A DNA stretch of 64,000 bases from an uncultured Rikenellaceae bacterium (GCA_964611835.1 CAZTDW010000001.1:14033-78032); one strand, 5' to 3'; counted from the first letter of the stretch, positions 18,914-27,631 are shown. A program made the numbers and translations. Notes: generated by a model not told the origin, from the letters alone.

Positions 18914-20806
18914 ATGATGAAAAAGCTGCTACTGTTACTGGTTATTTTCCTGGTTTTTCCGGGTATTCATGCCCAGAAGCCGCCGTTCTACAAGAATTTC
19001 ACTGTTTCTGCTTACACGCGGGCCTACGAGGTAAGGGATATGGCTGACCTGAAAAAGCTTGAACAGAGCTGGGACCTGATAAGCCGGCAGGTCAAAATAG
19101 ACAAGATATATCTGGAGACACATCGCGATAAACTGGTTGTGGATGAGAAAACCCTCGAAGGTGCAATAAAGTTTTTCAGGTCGAAAGGCCTGAAGGTAGC
19201 TGGGGGAATAACGTATACAATTGACGAGAGCAATAATTTCGAGACGTATTGCTATTCTAATCCCGAACACCGCAAAATGGCCAGGGAAGTAGCTGAATAT
19301 ACAGCCAGGCATTTCGATGAGTTCATTCTCGACGACTTCTTTTTCACAAGCTGCAAATGTGATCTGTGCATCAAGGCAAAAGGGGACATGAGCTGGACCG
19401 ACTTCAGGCTTAAGCTTATGACCGAGGCTGCAAATGATCTGATCATTAAACCTGCAAAGGCAGTAAATCCCAAAGTAAAGATTGTGATTAAATATCCCAA
19501 CTGGTATGAGCATTTCCAGGGGTTGGGCTTTAATCTTGAAGACGAGCCCAAAATGTTCGATGGTATTTACACTGGTACGGAGACCCGCGATGCTGTAAGC
19601 AGCGATCAGCACCTGCAGCAATACCTCAGCTATCTGGCGGCAAGATATTTTGAAAACATTGCCCCTGGCCGAAACGGGGGCGGCTGGGTCGATTCGGGCG
19701 GAGCATTTTATCTCGACCGCTATGCAGAACAGTTCTGGATAACTCTTTTTGCAAAAGTCCCTGAAATAACAATGTTCGACTACAGGCAGCTTCAGTCACC
19801 GATCAGGTTCGGCCAGAGGGCACCCTGGCAGGGTAGCCAGACAAGCTTCGATTTTGATGCAATGATGAAACCCTACCAGTCGGCCGGAGGTGAGACCATT
19901 CATCCGACAACCATTGCAAGGGCAGCAGGTATGACATTTGAACAGGTTGATAAATTCCTTGGTGCACTCGGCAATCCTGTAGGATTAAAAAGCTATAAAC
20001 CGTATCATTCGACAGGAGAGGACTTTCTTCAGAATTATCTTGGAATGATAGGTATTCCAATGGATATTTCCCCTGTGTTCCCTGTCGATGGGAAGATGAT
20101 CCTGCTTACCGAATCGGCTGCATTTGATCCACTGATCGTGGAGAAGATCAAAAGTCGTCTTCAGGACGGCAGGAATGTAATGATAACTTCAGGATTGCTG
20201 AGGGCGCTTCAGGGAAAGGGGATTGAAGATATTGCCGAGATAACCTATACAGACAGAAAAGCCTTTGTAACCGACTTCAAGGCCGGATGGTTCAGAAACT
20301 GCAGTTCGGAACAGGAAATCCTTATACCGCAGATCAATTACCTGACAAATGATTCATGGGAAGAAGCCTCAGCAATAAAGGGAGCAACAGGCTGGCCAAT
20401 CCTGCATCGTGCACAATACTCAAAGGCTAACCTATATGTTCTGACCATACCCGATAATTTTTCAGATCTGTATCAGTATCCCGCCGACATTCTTAACAGG
20501 ATACGTGCTGTTGCTGCCCAGGACTTTAACATAAGGCTTGAAGGCCCTTCGCAGGTCAGTTTGTTCTGTTACGACAACGGGACATTTATTGTAGAGTCAT
20601 TTCGTCCCGACCCGATCACTGTAAAAATAATAGCTGAAAAGTCAGTGAGCACGCTGGAAGATCTGTTGTCAAAGGAGATTCTGAAAGGAACCGATGTGCC
20701 GCTTCCGCCATTCAGAAGAAACCAGGCTGTTCCCTTGCGTAGTTTTGAAATCACGGTCAAGCCACATTCATACAGGGTGTTCCGCTCACTGCAGGAAGGC
20801 AGGTAA
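18914..20806 (+). CDS. Hypothetical secreted protein (possibly glycoside-hydrolase-like)
   Basis: The 630-aa ORF starts with the signal peptide MMKKLLLLLVIFLVFPGIHAQ. I recognise no family motif. Confidence 0.6.
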   Translation: MMKKLLLLLVIFLVFPGIHAQKPPFYKNFTVSAYTRAYEVRDMADLKKLEQSWDLISRQVKIDKIYLETHRDKLVVDEKTLEGAIKFFRSKGLKVAGGITYTIDESNNFETYCYSNPEHRKMAREVAEYTARHFDEFILDDFFFTSCKCDLCIKAKGDMSWTDFRLKLMTEAANDLIIKPAKAVNPKVKIVIKYPNWYEHFQGLGFNLEDEPKMFDGIYTGTETRDAVSSDQHLQQYLSYLAARYFENIAPGRNGGGWVDSGGAFYLDRYAEQFWITLFAKVPEITMFDYRQLQSPIRFGQRAPWQGSQTSFDFDAMMKPYQSAGGETIHPTTIARAAGMTFEQVDKFLGALGNPVGLKSYKPYHSTGEDFLQNYLGMIGIPMDISPVFPVDGKMILLTESAAFDPLIVEKIKSRLQDGRNVMITSGLLRALQGKGIEDIAEITYTDRKAFVTDFKAGWFRNCSSEQEILIPQINYLTNDSWEEASAIKGATGWPILHRAQYSKANLYVLTIPDNFSDLYQYPADILNRIRAVAAQDFNIRLEGPSQVSLFCYDNGTFIVESFRPDPITVKIIAEKSVSTLEDLLSKEILKGTDVPLPPFRRNQAVPLRSFEITVKPHSYRVFRSLQEGR

Positions 20807-20826
20807 AGGGGGCAGCCGGATAAATA

Positions 20827-22905
20827 TCAGGGTGTAATAAGGATGACCCTGGTTCTTTCAGCGGGTATTGTAAGCCTGAAAGTTCCGGCTTTTATTTCAA
20901 CGGCATTTCCCCCGGTCATTTCACGGGCAGTATATTTGTCCGTTATTCCAAGTTTACCGGCATCAACCTTCACAGTGCACTCTGTATTGCTGGCAGAGTT
21001 GTTCCTTACGGTGAAAAATATCCTGTCACCCCTTCCGAAACGCTCTATCCTTATTCCGGCGGAACCTGATCTGGCCATTGTAACGGGTTCCCATCCTGCA
21101 GCTGAGATCTCTTTTATGAGAGGGATATATTTTTTAAAGAAAGGCCTTCCGTTTTCAATCTTACGCTTGTCCTGCCAGTAGGGATCATTTGAAGCATCGA
21201 CGCTGAAGAATGACGGGAAGAATCCGTAAGCCATCATTTTTTCAAAATAAACTTCGTAACCGTAGTATGGTGCTTCTGTAAAAGCCTTGTCATTCAGCCC
21301 TTCATTGAGAAGGAAAACAATAGGCTTGCGAAATGAAATGGCCCTTTTGAAATCAAGTGCGTCAACATCATGGTCATGGGATGAGTACCAGCTCAGTTCA
21401 GCGCCGAAAAGGTCGAGGTTGGATGCTGCGAAAGGATTCCATCCATGGCCATTGCCCATCGCCAGTTTTCCCTGAAGATGCATTTCGTCGGCAATCTTTT
21501 TCATGAATTCAAATTCCGAGCTGAAGTTCCATATTGCCGGTTTTCCAACTGATTCTGAAAAAGTCAGCGGGTAGTCTGTGTATGCAAAATGCTCCTCCCT
21601 GTAGTTCAGATCGTGATGCCAGTTCCATTCCATAGAATCGAAATATATCCCATCCACATTCATTTTACGTGCAGGATCGATCTCTTCTTTAAGAACGAAC
21701 TGATACCTGTTGAATCCTTGGATTTCAGGATCACAGTTGGTTGTTATGCTGGCAGCCCATCCGGTCCTGAACCATGGTGTATTAAGCCTTCTTGCCTGCC
21801 AGCGACCGTTTTTATCATGCGTTGCACTGGTCCTGAGATATTCCCTGTGCTTTGCAGGAACACTCTTATCCGACACCAGGGTATCATAGGCGATAGTCTT
21901 TGTCGATATGGGCAATTGTACATCCCATGGTTCGGTGTATTGAAAACTGAGTACGCCGGTCTCCCTGTCGGAGAGAATATTTGGTATTTTCTTCCCGTCT
22001 TTTATATCATTACTGCCCCAGGATGTCTCATGAAAAGCAATGCCAAAATCGCTCCATCCGGGGATTGACCTGAGCGGAGTGAACGGCAGCCATATTCCTT
22101 CGGTGATGACCCTCTTCCGGAATGCTTCTTCATAAATTGCATAATATTGTTCCAGTGCTTTCCTCATTCCCCATTCAGGTTCAAAATCAAACCTTACAAG
22201 CCTGAAGAAAGACCTGTCGGGGAATTTAACGGTAAGAGGACTTGTAGCGAGGTCAAATTCTGCAATAAGGCCTGCATCATTTTTTCCGGCCAGCCTGTAA
22301 ACAACAGGGACGGACATGTCAACGCCGATGCAGTAACCTTTCGCGTCTGAAGAGATCGCTGCCAGGGGATAGTACGACATTGATCCTTTTCCAACCGGAT
22401 CACCGTATCCACCCTGACGAAGGACTTCCGCATTAAAGGCTCCGTCGGGAGGAATCGCGGTTCGTATGCTTACAGTGTCGGTGTAAAGCATTCCGTCTTC
22501 CATCATTTCGGTTTTATCGAGGCCACGGTGCCATTTCCAGGTTATTGACTCAAGAGGAAAAATGATCCTCAGGGTTGCGCATGAGTTACCGGCCTTAAGA
22601 TGAATAAGCTCACCGTTGATTTCCGTATAGGCAGGTCTGTGAATCTCATGAATGACTGCCCTGTAAGTATCATTCATGTATGTGGAGATCCTGGTGCTGG
22701 CAGTAATTTTGGTTGAGGCAAGCGGCAGTTCGAAGACCTTTGTGGCGCCATTTTCCTGCTGTTCATATTCAACCGCTATTGAGGGAGCTTGTTTAAAAGA
22801 AGAAGGCCCGGAAGCAACTACGGTGTCGGATCCGGCCACAGGCAGAATAAAAAATGCCAGGTATGGCAATATGAGCCTGATGGAAATATTTCTTAATGAT
22901 TTCAT
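20827..22905 (-). CDS. Hypothetical secreted protein
   Basis: The 692-aa ORF has an N-terminal signal peptide. Its start lies 12 nt downstream of the Trx-TrxR stop on the same strand. I recognise no family. Confidence 0.6.
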   Translation of the reverse strand: MKSLRNISIRLILPYLAFFILPVAGSDTVVASGPSSFKQAPSIAVEYEQQENGATKVFELPLASTKITASTRISTYMNDTYRAVIHEIHRPAYTEINGELIHLKAGNSCATLRIIFPLESITWKWHRGLDKTEMMEDGMLYTDTVSIRTAIPPDGAFNAEVLRQGGYGDPVGKGSMSYYPLAAISSDAKGYCIGVDMSVPVVYRLAGKNDAGLIAEFDLATSPLTVKFPDRSFFRLVRFDFEPEWGMRKALEQYYAIYEEAFRKRVITEGIWLPFTPLRSIPGWSDFGIAFHETSWGSNDIKDGKKIPNILSDRETGVLSFQYTEPWDVQLPISTKTIAYDTLVSDKSVPAKHREYLRTSATHDKNGRWQARRLNTPWFRTGWAASITTNCDPEIQGFNRYQFVLKEEIDPARKMNVDGIYFDSMEWNWHHDLNYREEHFAYTDYPLTFSESVGKPAIWNFSSEFEFMKKIADEMHLQGKLAMGNGHGWNPFAASNLDLFGAELSWYSSHDHDVDALDFKRAISFRKPIVFLLNEGLNDKAFTEAPYYGYEVYFEKMMAYGFFPSFFSVDASNDPYWQDKRKIENGRPFFKKYIPLIKEISAAGWEPVTMARSGSAGIRIERFGRGDRIFFTVRNNSASNTECTVKVDAGKLGITDKYTAREMTGGNAVEIKAGTFRLTIPAERTRVILITP

Positions 22906-22917
22906 TATGATTATGCT

Positions 22918-24186
22918 TTAATCCAATTCCTTTGCAATCGACATGGCAGCTATGGTACCGTCGGCAACGGCCGTGGTTATCTGCCGGTATTTCTTGCTTA
23001 TGACATCACCTACCGCATAAACACCAGGAATACTTGTCCTCATATCTTCATCGGTCTTTATATAGCCCCATTGGTCGAGCGCAAGTTTATCCCTGAAAAG
23101 GCCTATGTTCGGTTTCATGCCTATGAAGATAAATACTCCGTCGCTAACAAGCCTGGAACGCTCGCCGGTTTTTAAATTTTCTGCTTCGGTTATTATTTTA
23201 TCTCCTTCCCTGGTAAAAGCCCTGGGCTCGGTGTTGAAGATAATGCTGATCTTCGGATTTCTAAACACCTTTTCCTGTGCCTGTTTGTTTGCAGTAAGCC
23301 TGTCAAACTGATGGACGATGGTAAGCTTGCCTGCAAACCGGGTTATATATTCAGATTCTTCCACAGCTGAATTGCCTCCGCCTATTACAAGCACCTCCTT
23401 ATCATTGAAATATTTGGCATCGCAAGTGGCGCAGTAGGAGATACCCCTGCCCTTAAGTTCTTTTTCTCCTGAAGCTCCTGTGAGGTTCGGCGTTGTTCCG
23501 GTGCCAATTATGATCCTCTTTGCTCTTATGGTCTCATATTCATCGATAACCACTTCCTTCTTCTCGAGGTCAACGCTTGTCACATCAACGGCCACCTTAT
23601 ATACTGTCCCGCACATTTTGGTCTGTTCGCTCATGTTGTGAGAAAGCATATATCCGGCCTGTGGTTCTATGAATCCGGGATAATTGGATACCTCATGCGT
23701 CGTTGCAACATGCCCTCCCGGCAATGCGACATCTATCAATACCGTGTTGATCTTAGCCTGGCAAAGGTATAGTCCGGCGGTCAATCCTCCTGGTCCGGCA
23801 CCAAGGATTATGACGTCAAATTCTGAGGTCGAAGGCCTGATTCCTGATTTGATCTCGCTTACCCAGTCTTCAGGCAGCATGCTGTTTAGATTGCGTATGA
23901 TTTCGCTTCTTTTTATTCCTCCGGTAAGTCTGGTGGCAACCTCTTTCCCGTTGTTGAAAAACATAAGTGTGGGTGAGGATTTTACTCCAAGCTTTTCAGC
24001 AAGATCGCGATTTTGCTGCCTGAATATTTTCATGAATTTAATGTCGTTGCCGTAAAGGCCGGCAAGATCCTCAAATTTTGATGCGAGCGCTTCGCAGGGA
24101 GGGCATTCTGTAGAATAGAAATCAAGGATGACCTTTCCTGACTGCAATACCTCTTTTTCGAATTCAGATGAATTGATCTCTTTCAT
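22918..24186 (-). CDS. Thioredoxin domain fused to a thioredoxin-reductase-like flavoprotein
   Basis: The 422-aa ORF has an N-terminal Trx fold with CPPC (residues 28-31). It is followed by an FAD site DVIILGAGPGGLTAG, the redox-active CATC and a GGGNSAVEE dinucleotide site. Confidence 0.85.
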   Translation of the reverse strand: MKEINSSEFEKEVLQSGKVILDFYSTECPPCEALASKFEDLAGLYGNDIKFMKIFRQQNRDLAEKLGVKSSPTLMFFNNGKEVATRLTGGIKRSEIIRNLNSMLPEDWVSEIKSGIRPSTSEFDVIILGAGPGGLTAGLYLCQAKINTVLIDVALPGGHVATTHEVSNYPGFIEPQAGYMLSHNMSEQTKMCGTVYKVAVDVTSVDLEKKEVVIDEYETIRAKRIIIGTGTTPNLTGASGEKELKGRGISYCATCDAKYFNDKEVLVIGGGNSAVEESEYITRFAGKLTIVHQFDRLTANKQAQEKVFRNPKISIIFNTEPRAFTREGDKIITEAENLKTGERSRLVSDGVFIFIGMKPNIGLFRDKLALDQWGYIKTDEDMRTSIPGVYAVGDVISKKYRQITTAVADGTIAAMSIAKELD

Positions 24187-24188
24187 GG

Positions 24189-25514
24189 TTAACTTTCAAA
24201 ATATGCTTTAAATCCTATTTCCATTAGTTCTTTTACCGGTCTGCAGTCGGAAGAACAGATTTTCCCGGTCCTGTTCTTTGCCACCGAGCCGCAGCCTCCG
24301 CCGCAGGCAAGTCCTGCATTGCATTCCCTGCATTCGGGGATGGAAAAGATATCACGTACCTGCCATTGTTCAACAGCTGATTGGTCAAGAGCAACATCGG
24401 GATAAAAAGTTCCCAGCGATTCATCCGACTTACCAACTGTCGCAGTGCAGGAATAGATCTTTCCAGTATAGTCGAAAGCCCATTCGGTCTTGCAGGCCGG
24501 ACACGAATCAAAGAGCGGTCCGGGAAGCTCACCGTTTTCTGCAAGATACCTGGAGACAGAATAGGCAGGCTTGTAAAACTCCCGGACGTGCGGGTGTTTT
24601 TCGATTAATTCCGATATGCTCTCATACAGGGAAAGCCTGTCGAAAAGCTTACCGGGCGACGACTGGCAGTGATGCAGTTCATAGTTTCTTCCTATCTGAG
24701 TCTTGAAAAGCGAATTCCGGGTCCAGCCTTTGTCAGTGGCAAACTGTGCAAGTTCAGGCAGGTTGCCTATGTTTTCCCTGTCAATGACCACTCTCAGATT
24801 GACATCAATACCGGCCTCAAGGCACGAATCGATCCCTTCCACGATCTTTTCAAAGGTACCGCCTCCGCCTTTCAGGAAACGGCGGCTGTCGTGTACAGGT
24901 CCGGTGCCATCAAGGGTCACCTGTACTTCCCTGATCCTGCCTTTCGAAAGTATGGGATTATACTCCCTGAGATGGTACCCGTTGGTTACGAAACAAAGCG
25001 CGAGACCGGCTTCATTGGCTTTTTCAATGATATAACTGATCTTTTGCTTCTGCAGGCTGCTGCCAAGCAATGGTTCTCCTCCGAAAATTGTGATATACTT
25101 GCGACGGGATCCGAATTCTTTTCTGATATAACTGAAAAAAGCATCGATCACTTCATCACCGGGATTGTTTCCAGCATTCTGGTATTGATCCTGGTAACAA
25201 TAGGAACATGCGAAATTGCAGCTGTAGTTGGTCACGAAGAAAAGCTGAATCTCATCATTTTCCCTTGAGTCGGTAAAATCGAGATATTTGTTGCGGTATT
25301 CCCGGGCTTCCAGCAATTCATCGGTCATGTATCCCTTTTCAGCGAGCTCAGCCACAAAATCAGGATCGGAAGGATCCTCTCCCCTTCGTATTGCTTCAAG
25401 CTTTATGGCATCACCGGAGTCGAGAATGTCGGCATTCCCGGAAAGAAGATTCACAATAAAATATTTCTCTGAATCCCGTATCCTGGAGAAAATATTGAAT
25501 CTGGAATATTTCAT
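24189..25514 (-). CDS. Radical SAM / SPASM-domain enzyme (peptide-maturase-like)
   Basis: The ORF-track entry is 24189..25592. I prefer the ATG at 25514 (MKYSRFNIF...). CNFACSYC is a CX3CX2C motif at residues 99-106. The C-terminal SPASM pattern is CKTEWAFDYTGKIYSC (CX9GX4C) followed by CRECNAGLACGGGC (CX2CX5CX3C) and a further Cys. Confidence 0.85.
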   Translation of the reverse strand: MKYSRFNIFSRIRDSEKYFIVNLLSGNADILDSGDAIKLEAIRRGEDPSDPDFVAELAEKGYMTDELLEAREYRNKYLDFTDSRENDEIQLFFVTNYSCNFACSYCYQDQYQNAGNNPGDEVIDAFFSYIRKEFGSRRKYITIFGGEPLLGSSLQKQKISYIIEKANEAGLALCFVTNGYHLREYNPILSKGRIREVQVTLDGTGPVHDSRRFLKGGGGTFEKIVEGIDSCLEAGIDVNLRVVIDRENIGNLPELAQFATDKGWTRNSLFKTQIGRNYELHHCQSSPGKLFDRLSLYESISELIEKHPHVREFYKPAYSVSRYLAENGELPGPLFDSCPACKTEWAFDYTGKIYSCTATVGKSDESLGTFYPDVALDQSAVEQWQVRDIFSIPECRECNAGLACGGGCGSVAKNRTGKICSSDCRPVKELMEIGFKAYFES

Positions 25515-25551
25515 GTTGACTGTATTGCCAGCCACCCTGGAATAAACATTT

Positions 25552-25650
25552 TCAGTCGTGGCAGCCGGCAACGGTTTTGGATATCTTTGCACAGCACTGG
25601 GCTATTTTTGCCTTGACGGCATTTACCCTGTTCTTAACGAGACTTTTCAT
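25552..25650 (-). CDS. Unannotated 32-codon ORF encoding a basic tri-cysteine peptide (candidate radical-SAM substrate/precursor)
   Basis: My codon-by-codon translation of the minus strand gives MKSLVKNRVNAVKAKIAQCCAKISKTVAGCHD followed by TGA. The ATG is 11 nt after the thioredoxin stop. The stop is 37 nt before the radical SAM ATG at 25514. It is below the ORF-track size cutoff. Confidence 0.5.
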   Translation of the reverse strand: MKSLVKNRVNAVKAKIAQCCAKISKTVAGCHD

Positions 25651-25661
25651 CTTTTTGATTG

Positions 25662-26120
25662 TTACTTGTTTAACAATATTTCATTTACTGCTTTCACCAG
25701 ATGCTCTTTTGGAAGTGCCCCCATTGCCACCTGAGGCTTACCTTCGGCCGGAATGAACAGCAAAGTAGGCAGCCCGGTGATGCCTAGGCTCTGTGAAAGG
25801 ATCTTTTCCTTTTCAGTGTCAACCTTATATACATCAATTTTTCCCGAATATTCCTTTGCAATCTCCTCGATCAGGGGCGACAGCTGCCTGCATGGCCCAC
25901 ACCAGTCGGCATAGAAATCGATCAGTGCAGGTTTTTTGCCTTCGAACTTCCACTCCTTATTGACATCGTAATTGAAGATCATCTTTTTGAAGCTCTCATT
26001 CGTCAGTTGAACAATAGTTCCATCGTTCCCTTTTGCCGGCGGGGTAGCGGGAGTTTCCGCAGTGCATTCGGCAAATATCAAAGGAAGCATAATTATGGTA
26101 AAGAAAAAAAACTTTTTCAT
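25662..26120 (-). CDS. Secreted/lipoprotein thioredoxin (WCGPC)
   Basis: The 152-aa ORF has a signal peptide ending in FAEC, then FYADWCGPCRQL and GLPTLLF Trx-fold motifs. Confidence 0.85.
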   Translation of the reverse strand: MKKFFFFTIIMLPLIFAECTAETPATPPAKGNDGTIVQLTNESFKKMIFNYDVNKEWKFEGKKPALIDFYADWCGPCRQLSPLIEEIAKEYSGKIDVYKVDTEKEKILSQSLGITGLPTLLFIPAEGKPQVAMGALPKEHLVKAVNEILLNK

Positions 26121-26138
26121 CTTGTCATTATTAATTAA

Positions 26139-26798
26139 TTATTGAACATTATTTCCACAGCAGCTTTTGCCGGCTTGTTTGCGACCCGCAACGGTCCAGC
26201 TCGATATCATTGCTTTCCCTTTTTCATAGGGGGATGATTCTTCAAGAATACTGACCGAATTAAATCCGGCTTTCCTGAGTTGATAAAGGTATTCATCGCG
26301 TGTCACTGAGCCAGCCCAGCATTCAGAGACCGCGACAGGATCATTCCTGTATTCTTCGGGTATGGGATTTACTGAATAAATGTCACTTACAACAAAACGC
26401 CCACCGTGCTTTAAAATACGATAAATCTCGTTCCATACGGCCTGCTTGTCGGGAGAATGATTTATTGTACAGTTTGAAATCACCAGGTCGGCCGTATCAT
26501 CGGCAAGAGTTATCTTCTCGAGCTTGCTGAATATGAACTCAAAATTCTTTATACCTAGCTTTTCAGCAGTAATTCTGGCTTTACGTATCATCCCTTCAGA
26601 GATATCTATCCCGTAAACAAATCCCTTTTCGCCGACTGTTTCAGCCAGCCTTATGGCATCGGTACCGCGTCCGCTTCCAAGATCAACACATATCTCGCCC
26701 TCCGACACTTCAGAATAGTTGATTGCTCCCCCGCATGAGAGGCAGCATTCCGATTCAGCAAGTGCTGAGTACCTTTTGTCAATTTCAGAATAATCCAT
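26139..26798 (-). CDS. Class I SAM-dependent methyltransferase, arsenite methyltransferase (ArsM)-like
   Basis: The 219-aa ORF has an N-terminal CCLSCGG, the SAM motif VDLGSGRGTD, and ISNCTINHSPDK, KHGGRFVVSD and ECWAGS. These resemble the conserved Cys-containing ArsM blocks as I recall them. Confidence 0.6.
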   Translation of the reverse strand: MDYSEIDKRYSALAESECCLSCGGAINYSEVSEGEICVDLGSGRGTDAIRLAETVGEKGFVYGIDISEGMIRKARITAEKLGIKNFEFIFSKLEKITLADDTADLVISNCTINHSPDKQAVWNEIYRILKHGGRFVVSDIYSVNPIPEEYRNDPVAVSECWAGSVTRDEYLYQLRKAGFNSVSILEESSPYEKGKAMISSWTVAGRKQAGKSCCGNNVQ

Positions 26799-27094
26799 TT
26801 GTATAAAAACTAATTCTTTTTAGCCGCAGCCTTCAGATCACGCATCATACATTGCCGGCTGAGGCTGCAATCCCGGCGTTATGGCCATTAACCAGGGCAC
26901 AAATATAGATAAAAAGTATTAAATCGCAATAGTATCACTTAAATCTTTTTAATATCACTATTTTTTCTATTTTTGTGGTCTGTATTGTTTTGATCCGTCA
27001 GGCTGTCCGGATAGCAGAACGTTGGCGGACATGAATGTAAAATATTCCGGGTCCTGAAATCCCGGTACCCCGCTGTCTTAGTCGCAAGGATGTT

Positions 27095-27559
27095 GTGGAC
27101 AGGCTCCGGGGTTCATGCCACATGATTATGGGAGTGATTTTCAAAAAGGAACTTACTGAGGACCGGCTTGCCGGGCTTTTCAACAGTGATGAAAAATGCC
27201 TGGAGTTTCTGGCTGAGGTGAAATGGGAGAACGGATATACGTGCCGTAAATGCGGCAATGACAATTACTGCCAGGGCAGGACACCCTATTCCCGCAGGTG
27301 CACCAGGTGCAAAACAGAGGAATCGGCAGCGGCAGGCACAATTTTTCATAATTGCAAATTCCCTATTCATAAGGCATTTTATATAGCTTACAATGTATGC
27401 AAGGGAAAAGCAGAGCTGTCGTCGTATGAGCTGGCCCGCAGGCTTTCGCTCAGGCAGATGACATGCTGGAAATTCAGGACCAGGATCCATAAAGCGATTA
27501 ATCAGATGGAGGTTCTTACGGAAAGTGAAAAGGCTTCTCTGGAGAATATAATGCAGTAA
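27095..27559 (+). CDS. IS1595-type transposase N-terminal zinc-ribbon protein with no DDE domain (remnant or domesticated)
   Basis: The 154-aa ORF's likely true start is the ATG at 27122. CLEFLAEVKWENGYTCRKCGN...RRCTRCK matches the Zn_Tnp_IS1595 pattern. No catalytic domain and no flanking inverted repeats were seen. Confidence 0.55.
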   Translation: MDRLRGSCHMIMGVIFKKELTEDRLAGLFNSDEKCLEFLAEVKWENGYTCRKCGNDNYCQGRTPYSRRCTRCKTEESAAAGTIFHNCKFPIHKAFYIAYNVCKGKAELSSYELARRLSLRQMTCWKFRTRIHKAINQMEVLTESEKASLENIMQ

Positions 27560-27631
27560 TTTGTGGTTGACTCATTTCAAGGCGGACAGGATATTAAAAC
27601 ATAATTCTGATCAAATTATGCAGGATGCCAG

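Noticed and set aside
25400-25554. Read-through of the micro-ORF TGA stop as selenocysteine
   Set aside because: Reading through gives U-KCLFQGGWQYSQHEIFQIQ... for about 50 more codons. That stretch overlaps the radical SAM coding frame and has no obvious SECIS-like hairpin directly downstream. No Sec machinery is visible in the window. I regard it as unlikely, but it could be tested by searching the genome for selA/selB/selD.
25515-25592. N-terminal extension of the radical SAM ORF to the ATG at 25592 (ORF-track start)
   Set aside because: The extra 26 residues (MQRYPKPLPAATTENVYSRVAGNTVN) have no recognisable features and overlap the better-formed micro-ORF in another frame. The internal start MKYSRFN... 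resembles typical maturase N-termini. This is not proven and needs comparative data.
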